Source: Massalongia carnosa
Taxonomy: Eukaryota
Reading direction: 5' to 3'
Assembly: GCA_965645245.1 (NCBI GenBank)
Contig: OZ287077.1
Span: forward strand, 2,277,709 to 2,297,708
DNA: 20,000 nucleotides
The number at the start of each line of letters is the position of its first letter. Positions within the stretch are counted from its first letter, which is position 1. A program made the position numbers and the translations under genes. This document shows positions 10,401 through 18,820 of the stretch, piece after piece. The notes below the pieces were generated by a model. The model did not search any database, had not been told where the DNA came from, and was given only the letters and a program-made list of their open reading frames with translations.

Positions 10401-13400
10401 TCAAACTGAAGAGAGACTGCCCGGCTGCTGTTCAAGCAGTTGCGTGGCAATGGAATACTGTGTTAAAATACCTATGCGCATGATCTACGCGGTTACTACT
10501 TTGAGAGCTTTGGGTTCGGTGATTAGCTTGCGGTAGTCTGACGAGCCTGCCGTTCGTAGCATGTGCGTTCTGTGTTCGTGCAGTCTGCAGAACATGATTA
10601 AATGTTTGGCTGTTTGTAAGAGGCTTCCGCAAGGACATGCCGCCGAGTTCACACCTGGGACCTTGCGCCGATATAGAAAGTTGGCTAATCCGATTTTTTC
10701 CGTTCTTATCTGTGTTGCTAGTGAGCTTTGCGCTTTGTCTAGTAACTTGTGTGCGTTAAGCCTTTTCCTGTGTATAGGCGCCTGTTGTGCGATCGTGGGA
10801 TATAACGTGTGTTTGCTTGATATGCTTTCCACTTGTTGATCCACTGATTCCCAAAGTGCTTCATTATTATCCCGTCTCGTTGGTTCTGCGTCGTTACTTG
10901 CGCTGTGCGTTGTCTCTTCTGTGCCTCGTCGATCGTTGTCCAGGGAGGGGAGAGGGTTGATCCAGTTTAACTGTTTTCGGTGCGTCTTTCGTCATCTTTG
11001 TTACCCATTCTCGTTTACGAGTTCCCGGTGTTTTCTCTGCGACTCGCGATTGACCTCTTTTGCCTCTGAGTTTCACTTGAATTCTATTGCACGCCTGCTT
11101 TATAATTTTTTCCTGTTCGCTGTTCGAGATTCTGGATCTCGTTTTTGCTTGTAAGCGGTCCAGATGTTGCGTTAAGGGAGGGATGTGGGTTTCTGCCTGT
11201 AATACTTTAATTGGGGTTGCCTTGTACGCTCCGGCTATGACTCGTAAACACTTGTTTTGTATGACTTCGAGTTTGCTTCTTGATTCGACTTTGGCTTTCT
11301 TTCTTGCTTCGGCTGGCATATGCCATGCTATCAAGCCGTGCGACATGGCGGGGCGTATTACTGCTGTGTACACGTGGCGGGCTCGTAGGAGGGTCGCCCC
11401 CCAGGTTGAGGCTGCGATTTTGGTCAGTGCCATTGTTTGTCTCGTCATTTTCTTCTGAATTTCCTTGTAATGCGCTGCCCAATCGAGTCTAGTGTCAATG
11501 TAAACTCCCAGGACTCTTATCGAAGTCTTGGTCTTCAGGATCTTGCCTCTTACCGCGAAGGATGCGTCCAGGTTGAATTTCTTTGGATTCTTTGCCAGGT
11601 GTATCAGCTCGTATTTGTGTGGCGCGAATACGGAGCCGTGGCGAGCGGCCCATCGTTCGCAGTCGTTGTGTATTTTTTCCAGCGTTTTGCAATTCTCTTC
11701 GGTGGACTTTCCGTACGCCAGTATATTGACGTCGTCTACGAAACCCATGCCCGCTGCGTTGGTACCTGGTCTATTGCAAATATCGAGTAAGTCTGCATTT
11801 TAAAAGATATATTGAATGGGAGACAAAGGAGATCCTTGCGGAATTCCTATATTCAGCTGGAATGCGTTGGTTTTTCGTTGATTGATAGTGAGAGTGGTTT
11901 CTCTTTCCTTGAGGAAGCTTTCTTTCCATTTCGTGATCCATTCCGGAATTTTTCTCTTTCTCAGATTATGAATGAGCCTACGATGTGAAACCGTATCGAA
12001 GGCGCCTGAAACGTCGATACTAAGAAGCGATGCTACTTTGTCTTTCCCTTGATTCCAGACCGTGTGTACCTGCTCCGTGAGTAGTTCTAGCGCTGTGTCC
12101 GTTGCGCGGCCTGGTCTTGCTCCCATTTGCGTGTCTGGAATTAATCTGTGTTTTTCCGTTAAATAGCTTATTTTCCTTGCTATAATGGATTCTAGCATTT
12201 TTCAAAGCGTGTTTAGGAGCGCAATGGGTCTCCACGCCTTAGGATTCGCGTAGTTACTCTTTCCTGGTTTCTTCAGCGTGATGGTGTTGGCGGTTTTGAA
12301 CGCTCGAGGATGATAACCCTGCTCTGCGCAGGCCTGGAACAGTGGTGTCAGCAACTTGATCAGATTTTCCGAGCATGCCTTGAGAATTCTATTTGTGATC
12401 CCGTCCGGACCGGGTGCCTTGTCTGGTTTCGACCTACGAAGCGCTGCCACGCACTTCTTCTTTCGTGATCAGGATGGGGCAGTCTGGGGTTTGCGGGTAC
12501 GTGTATCCTACGATGTCGCTGAGATCTGCGTCCGGGGGTAGGGGGAAGAAAGATTTCTTTAGCATTTTCGCTTTCTCTTCGAAGGTATTGGCTATCGTAT
12601 CAGGGTCCTGGGTTGTGGCCAGGGGGGGCATTTTTGGGATTTCTCTGGGGGCGTCACTTTTGTTTTTACCCCACTTTGCTAGACGGAAGAGTCCGGATTG
12701 GGAAGTTGTGATTGTGGCTATTTGCTGTTTGAAGCAGAGATTTTTTGCTTTACCGATAATTTTTTGTTTCTTATCGTTTGCTTTAACGTAGTTTTTCCAA
12801 TCCGCTAGGTTTCTTTCCGCGGTCCAGATTCTTCGTAGCCTACGAGTCTCTCTTATTGCGTCGTCGCATTCCTTATTCCAAAAGGGTTTCGCCTCCGGGC
12901 TTGGTCTGGCCCATGGTACTGCTTTATCTACGATTTCCTTGAGGTAATCCGGGATTTCCTTGGTATATTGATCGATTTCCTCGATGCTGTGCGGCATGCG
13001 TGGTGCGGGGGTTCTTTTCTCGATTTCTTTTACCTTGTCCATGTTTAGAAGTTTCCAGGCCCTTCGTGGGAGCTTTGTCAGGGGTTCGCAGGAGAGCCGC
13101 AGTCTCGTTGAAATCGGTATGTGATCGGAATCTTGATTCATCTCCGGGACCGTGGTGCAGTGTTCCAATCTCTCCGTTAAATCTTCTGTCATGAACACCA
13201 GATCAATGGTGCTGGTCGAGTTTCTTGCTTCCCATGTAATTGTTCCTCTTGGAAGTGTGAGAGAGAGGTTTTTGTTTTCTATAATATCCAGCAGTTGTTC
13301 GGACGCCTCGTGCTGTCCTCGTACCCCTGCTCCACCCCAGTATGGGTGATGGAGATTGAAGTCTCCTAGAAGAATATGCTCTCCGGGGTCTTGTAATTGG

Positions 13401-13807
13401 TGTAATACGGTCGATAGGGTGGACGGGCTAGTTATCGAGGAAGTGGATAAGGGCGATGGATTGTATATGTTGTGTATGTGAATCATTTTTGTTCCGTTTC
13501 CGTTTTTTAATTTTATTTTCAATGTGCTAATATCCTTTGACGGGTATTCCACTTCCCAGCTATCTGGGTCTATTTTGTTATTCATATAAAAGCAAACTCG
13601 CGTGTCGCCCCCTGGTTTATAAAGAAGATGGAACCCACTTTGATAGGGGTTAATAAGTAGGGACGTCGTAGGGTTTTTCCACGGTTCTTGAATAGCTATG
13701 ATGTCGAAATTCTGTGTTCTTTTATCTGACAGCAAGGGTATCAGTGTGCCTTTTGCACTTTTCCTGACATTGTACTGCAGTATCGTAAGGGTTTCTGTGT
13801 TCTTCAT
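10401..13807 (-). pseudogene. LINE B ORF2 (APE endonuclease-reverse transcriptase-zinc finger)
   Basis: APE: ILQYNV, IQEPW, GDFNLHH, SDHIPI. RT: KAPGPDGI, WRPIALL, IDVSGAFD, GIPQGSPLSP, FVDD. C-terminal CPCG..TAKHLIMFC. Frameshifts near 12450 and 10950, and in-frame stops at 12202, 11800 and 10485. Confidence 0.93.
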
Positions 13808-15435
13808 AGCATTCTTTCGTTGAGTTGTATCTCGTTGGTATTTCTTGCTCTAGTCATCGGACGTCCTCTTTTCGGTTTGGCGAAGACCGACTCTATGATT
13901 TCTGGGTTCATTATTTTTGCCCTCGTCGACCCCCATTCTTCCCTCCCTCGTAGAATTCTCCGTTCTTGTGCTTCTTGTGGTGATAACGAGCGCGACCGAG
14001 TGACTCTCAGTTCTCTAATTGATCTCGCACTTTCTTTTCTCTTACTTATCGTCTTCGTAGTTTCTGTCATTTCCACTTCGTTTTCCGCCTCTTCTCCTTC
14101 CTGCGGCTCCGCCTCGTTGGTGATGTGTGTCGATGGGAACTCGTTTTGTGAGGCGTCGGTGGGTTTGTTTGATTGGTGTTGTTGATTCCCATGAGCTGCT
14201 TCGGTTTCGTCCTCGACTACGACTTCCATACGCCCCTCCTGCGCTTGGCTGAGGATTGCTTTATTTCCTTTGGGTGGGGGCGGCACTGCGTACAAGCGCC
14301 GGCGTGATTCTCTTGTGATTTCCGTGCGGTGTTTTTTCTCTTTCCAGACTTGGCATTCCGCTGCCCACGCTGGGTGTCCCTTGTCCCCGCACAATGCGCA
14401 TCGTAGGGACCTTCCGGTTCTGCTGCATGGGCAGTTTCTGCTGCCGTGCCTTCCGACGCAGTACCCGCAGACGGTGGGATTTTTGCAAAACTTCGCGATG
14501 TGTCCGTATTGCTGACAATTGAAGCATTACGTGAGCTTGCAGCCGGCTTCGAAGAGCTCGCATGTTTTTATTTCCACTTCGTCCGCCAGTCCTACGAGGA
14601 TCAAACGATTGGCCATTTCTGCAGTTTCTACCTCGATGTGTAACGAGGCGTAGCGCTTGTTTTGTTTGCGGGCTCTGGCGCTCCAGGCTACTGGACTGAT
14701 TTTCAGTCCTTCATGCAATCCTGCGTTTTCCTTTATCAAGTATTCCAATGCTTTCGCTTGCTTTGACCCTCTGACTTCGTTCATTTTTACTCCGTGAGCT
14801 AGAATTGCATAGCCTTCTTTGCGTATCGTCGCTGATGCAGCAACTCTCTTTATGTATTCCGAGTGTGCTTGCAAGGTTTCCTTGACTTCCGGTGTTTTTA
14901 CGTGAATTTTTAGATCTCCACTTTGTAGTCGTCGGTTGCCCGTCACCTCTTCGTTAGAGACTCGTAGGGCGTCTACTATTTCCTTTGTGGTCTTTTTACC
15001 TAGGGCTTCCTGCTCCTTGGGGTCTTCTACTCTCACTATGATTTCCTTCATTTTTCTCTTCTCTCTGAGGGTGTTTTCCTCGTTGAGGCCTTGATTCTTC
15101 ACTTCGGTTTCCTGTCCGCTTTTACGCTTTCCTGCTGCGACCGCCGCGTAGCTGAGAGCCTTGCCGTTATTCTCGCCCTGGTTTTCTATCTTCTTCAATC
15201 TTTGCTGAATATCCTGCAATGTATCTTGAAAATTTTCCTGCGTCGACGCGTCGAGCGCGTCGCGTTCCGATGAAGTTTTTTCTATGAACTCAACAAGATC
15301 GAGTATCCAACGCCTCGCCTCCACGCCGGCTACAATCACATCTGCTCTTTCCAGAAATTCTCTTGCTTTGCTTATTAGCTCGTGAGTTTCACTTATCTCT
15401 TGCCCTTGGGCTTTGGCACTCGTTGTCGTATTCAT
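13804..15435 (-). pseudogene. LINE B ORF1 (gag-like)
   Basis: ORFs 14527..15435 and 13804..14394 share a frame, separated by one TAA: KLT*CFNCQQYGHIAKFC, CGYCVGRHGSRNC, CALCGDKGHPAWAAEC. Confidence 0.9.
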
Positions 15436-15447
15436 TTACATCACCAC

Positions 15448-15461
15448 TCTATCTATCTTTG
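15448..15461 (+). repeat. Right copy of the 14-bp TSD of LINE B
   Basis: TCTATCTATCTTTG, identical to 10193-10206. Confidence 0.9.
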
Positions 15462-15680
15462 TTAGATCGGTCCTCCTCCTTCTTCACCATCGATCCTCAC
15501 CACGGAGACGCCAAAGGCCTCACCGTGGAGCGACCGACAAACATAGATTTGCTCCTATCTTTTCGCATCAAAACAATGCTAATTTAACGCGTTCACACGC
15601 GTCGCAGACGTACGTACGGAAGAGGATACGAAGGCCAACCGCCGGGGGGTAGAATGCGCGCGTCCCTGCACCATGGTTCA

Positions 15681-16372
15681 AAGGGTTCATGTCCCTTCAT
15701 GCAGTCATCAGCTGGAAGAAGATTTGGACCAAAGGAGCCGCATCATCCCCCACCCGGGCACAATCGACACGCGTTCTAGCTCCTGAGAGTTCAAGTCTCC
15801 CCATGCAGTCATCAGCTGGGATCAACAGAACGCGTAAAGGCACCGGGGCGAATGCTGTCACCTCAAGAAAACTCCATCTTGGAGCAGAATAACAATATCC
15901 CATTTAATAGGCCCGGCCTGTTAAATAAAATCGAGGAAAACACAGAGTCACAAAAGACATAGTCATCAATCACACGTTGTACAAAGCAAACAGTCACAAA
16001 GCACACAGTCGCAAACATACAGTCACAAACACACAGTCAAAAAACACACAGTCACAAAAAACACAGTCACAAATCAATAACACGTCCCTGTGAAGGGGGT
16101 TCTGCGGGGGCTCGTTAAGACAGATCTGCACCCCGTTAATATCGGCGTACATATTTTTAGAGGTTCAAGTCCTTTCTAGCAGTCATCAGCTGAAAATGAT
16201 GCATTTTGACACGGGTAGACCACGATGAATCACAAAACGAATGAAAAGAGTTCAGTGGAACTTCGTTAATATTGTTCTCGAAAGACCTCGTTAATAAGAT
16301 TTTCATAGATCTCGTTAACAACGTTCAGTCATACTCTTAAAGGTTCAAGTCCTTTCATGCAGTCATCGGCTG
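15681..16372 (+). repeat. Four dispersed copies of a 34-nt T-arm/B-box-like motif
   Basis: Copies at 15681-15714, 15785-15818, 16159-16192 and 16339-16372. Consensus RRRRG-TTCAAGT-CYYYY-CATGCAGTCATCAGCTG. Confidence 0.9.
15940..16073 (+). repeat. Imperfect minisatellite, unit of about 14-16 bp (ACACAGTCACAAA)
   Basis: About 8-9 degenerate tandem units with an AGTC core. Confidence 0.85.
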
Positions 16373-16524
16373 AGAGCTAAAGACGTACGACACGGGTCTC
16401 CTTCGTCTACAACACGGAGCCCTCCAGCTGAAAGAAATAAAACATATAGACACATAGTGTAGGGTCACACCCTACACGATACAAGGGATTTGGGTTATGA
16501 AAACCATCCGATTGATGGCTACCG

Positions 16525-16722
16525 TTAGGGTTAGGGTTAGGGTTAGGGTTAGGGTTAGGGTTAGGGTTAGGGTTAGGGTTAGGGTTAGGGTTAGGGTTAG
16601 GGTTAGGGTTAGGGTTAGGGTTAGGGTTAGGGTTAGGGTTAGGGTTAGGGTTAGGGTTAGGGTTAGGGTTAGGGTTAGGGTTAGGGTTAGGGTTAGGGTT
16701 AGGGTTAGGGTTAGGGTTAGGG
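16525..16722 (+). repeat. Telomeric tract (TTAGGG)33
   Basis: 198 bp of perfect TTAGGG. The G-rich strand points rightwards, as expected for the right end of the chromosome lying to its left. Confidence 0.98.
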
Positions 16723-16760
16723 CGCACTTCCTCGGCCTCTGGCGAGAGTGAAAGCTGTGG

Positions 16761-17366
16761 CTAGGAGTATTTGCGAAGCATGCCCAGCACTTTGCCCTGG
16801 ATGGTTACACTCGCTGCGGGGGCGTAGATGGGCGCCATCTCGGCATTCGATGGTTGGAGGCGGATCATGGTGCCTTCCCGATAAAAGCGCTTCAGGGTGG
16901 CCTCCGCGCCGTCTATCAGGGCGACGATAATCTCACCTTCGCGGGCGGTCTTGGTGCGCTCGACCAGGACGTAATCGCCGGAGACGATGTGTTCGTCGCG
17001 CATGGAATCGCCACGTACTTCAAGGGCGAAGACCTCGCGATTGCCGATGATGTCATTCAGAGAGATGCTCTCGGTGGTTTCGATGGCCTCCACCGGATGG
17101 CCGGCGGCGATCCTGCCCATGAGAGGCAGGCGATCGGAGCCCTTCTTGCCCGCGCGGGCGGGAAGGACGTCGATCGATCGGCTGCGATTGTGGGCGCGCT
17201 GAAGCAGCCCTTTTCCCTGGAGATTCGTGATGTGTTTGTGCACTGTCGCCAGAGAGCTGAGGCCGAGACCGGTTGCGATCTCCTCGTAAGAGGGGGAGTA
17301 ACCGTTTCTCTGGGTGAAGGAGGAGAGGAAGTCGATGACCTCTTTTTGTCGCCGCGTAATTGCCAT
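16761..17366 (-). CDS. lexA: SOS repressor LexA (201 aa)
   Basis: N-terminal winged HTH (ITRRQKEVIDFL..PSYEEIA..SLATVHKHI), Ala-Gly cleavage site (GRIAAGHP), catalytic Ser (GDSM) and Lys (TLKR). The start is placed at ATG 17366 rather than 17573 as in the ORF track. Confidence 0.97.
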   Translation of the reverse strand: MAITRRQKEVIDFLSSFTQRNGYSPSYEEIATGLGLSSLATVHKHITNLQGKGLLQRAHNRSRSIDVLPARAGKKGSDRLPLMGRIAAGHPVEAIETTESISLNDIIGNREVFALEVRGDSMRDEHIVSGDYVLVERTKTAREGEIIVALIDGAEATLKRFYREGTMIRLQPSNAEMAPIYAPAASVTIQGKVLGMLRKYS

Positions 17367-17373
17367 GCCAATC

Positions 17374-17401
17374 ATTGTAGCGAATAAAAAGCGAAGTGCA
17401 A
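17374..17401 (-). promoter_or_regulatory. Putative lexA sigma-70 promoter with overlapping LexA box
   Basis: On the minus strand, TTGCAC (17401-17396), a 16-bp spacer, then TACAAT (17379-17374). The direct repeat CTTC-N7-ATTC (17396-17382) lies across the spacer. Confidence 0.65.
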
Positions 17402-17650
17402 GCACCAAGTGTTCTCTGAAAGAAAGCCGGGTAACGAGGTTGATTCGCGACCCGTTTCGAAAATGGGGGACCATAAAGCGGTGTGGATTACAGGACAGCC
17501 GGAAGAAAGATTGCGTTTTTCCCTCTTCGGGACAAAAGGGCACAAAAAGAATTAACAAGTATTGCTCAATCACGCGCCAACGGAGGAAGGTAGAGCAACA
17601 AGTCTCGCACGAAGAACTTGAAGATCACAGCGGCAACCGTTCATGGGGTG

Positions 17651-18442
17651 ATGATGCAAGTTTTGATTGTGGAAGATGATTCCGCTCTTGGTTTGTTTCT
17701 TCAAAAGGGTCTAACGCTTGAGGGCCACGTCGTCGAGTGGCTTGGCGATGGCCGCAGTGCAATGGACCGGCTGGCCTTGAGGCGGCCAGACCTGATGGTG
17801 CTCGACCTCAGTCTGCCCAAGAAGGACGGCACTGAGATCCTCGAATCGCTGGCCGGCCGCTTCGATGGCATGTCGGTGCTCGTGCTTACCGGGCGCAACG
17901 ATGTGGAGATCCGTGTGAAGTGCCTGAACCTGGGCGCGGACGACTGCATGTTGAAGCCGTTCAGCTTCCATGAACTGCGGGCGCGGTGCCGGGCCTTGTT
18001 GCGCCGGCGCGAACAATTTGCCGACCCGGTGCTGCGGCAGAGCGGCATAGAACTGCACCGGATGGAGCGCAAGGTGACGCGCGACGGCACGCAGATAGAC
18101 CTTACGGTGAAGGAATTCGCCCTGTTGGAGTTCCTGCTGCAACGGCGCGGGCTCTGTTGCAGCCGGGCGGAGTTGCTGCGCGAGGTATGGCAAATGTCGC
18201 CGGACACGGGGACCAATGTCGTGGATGTCTATATCAACTATCTGCGAAGGAAACTGGCGGCGGCGCATCCCCTGGACAAGCTTGGCGGTGCCGGCCCGGA
18301 GCTGATCGAGACGGTCCGGGGCTCGGGCTACATGCTGCGCGACTCTACGCCCATCCCCGCGGAGCTTACCCGTAAGGGCGTTCAAAGGGCCGGTATTCAT
18401 GACGGCATACTTGCCCCTAGAAATGCAAGAAAGGAAGCTTGA
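17651..18442 (+). CDS. OmpR/PhoB-family two-component response regulator
   Basis: Receiver domain (VLIVEDD, LDLSLP, GADDCMLKPF) plus winged helix (LTVKEFALL, NVVDVYINYLRRKL, ETVRGSGY). Start at ATG 17651 or 17654. Confidence 0.93.
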   Translation: MMQVLIVEDDSALGLFLQKGLTLEGHVVEWLGDGRSAMDRLALRRPDLMVLDLSLPKKDGTEILESLAGRFDGMSVLVLTGRNDVEIRVKCLNLGADDCMLKPFSFHELRARCRALLRRREQFADPVLRQSGIELHRMERKVTRDGTQIDLTVKEFALLEFLLQRRGLCCSRAELLREVWQMSPDTGTNVVDVYINYLRRKLAAAHPLDKLGGAGPELIETVRGSGYMLRDSTPIPAELTRKGVQRAGIHDGILAPRNARKEA

Positions 18443-18731
18443 GGCGGACAATCCATCCATCGACGAGGCAGAAAGCCGCACAGATATTTTCCCTTGTGGG
18501 CCGGATTTCCTGAGCAGGCTGAACGCGACGCTACACGAGATGAGCCAGCCTATGACCGTGCTGCTTTGCGCCCTCGAGTATGGCGGGTCTCTTGAAACTG
18601 CGGAGGACCTGAAACAGACGGTAACGCTCTCGCAAGAGCAATGTGAGCGATTGCAGAAGAGCGTGCTGAAGATGCAGTTTCAGTTACGCGAGGCGATCGC
18701 CGAAGCGGGGAAGGCACAAGCGGTGGATTGA
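18399..18731 (+). CDS. Small protein with a HisKA/H-box-like motif and no ATPase domain
   Basis: LHEMSQPMTVL resembles the H-box HE(L/M)xxPL(T/S) and is followed by a helical segment. Overlaps the upstream regulator, so the start may instead be ATG 18423. Confidence 0.7.
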   Translation: MTAYLPLEMQERKLEADNPSIDEAESRTDIFPCGPDFLSRLNATLHEMSQPMTVLLCALEYGGSLETAEDLKQTVTLSQEQCERLQKSVLKMQFQLREAIAEAGKAQAVD

Positions 18732-18820
18732 AGCGGAAGCACGAATGCGGTACTTGCGAAGCACTCGTTTGAGAGACCAGCAGATGTAATAAAAGACAGT
18801 AGAAAGACCGGGAGACAACA

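Larger units (their letters stand above)
10207..15447 (-). mobile_element. LINE B: Tad1-like non-LTR retrotransposon, coding-complete but decayed
   Basis: ORF1 with three CCHC knuckles, ORF2 APE-RT-CCHC, an (ATCAA)n-type tail at about 10207-10223, and a 14-bp TSD on both sides. Confidence 0.95.

Noticed and set aside
15681..16372. Hammerhead ribozyme on the minus strand (CTGATGA..GAAA in the repeated motif)
   Set aside because: GAAA is present in only two copies (GAAG and GGGG in the others), one of those has CCGATGA, and stem II does not pair.
15681..16372. CRISPR array or true tRNA genes
   Set aside because: Spacing is irregular (104, 374 and 180 bp), the context is eukaryotic with no cas genes, and no D-arm, anticodon arm or acceptor-stem partner was found.
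16407..16751. ORFs encoding (PN)n and (VR)n
   Set aside because: These are translations of the telomeric repeat.
17499..17514. Sigma-54 -24/-12 promoter (GG-N10-GC with TTGC)
   Set aside because: It lacks the TGGCAC context and could easily arise by chance.
17367..17573. N-terminal extension of LexA to 270 aa
   Set aside because: LexA similarity starts at MAITRRQ, and the extension covers the promoter and intergenic region.
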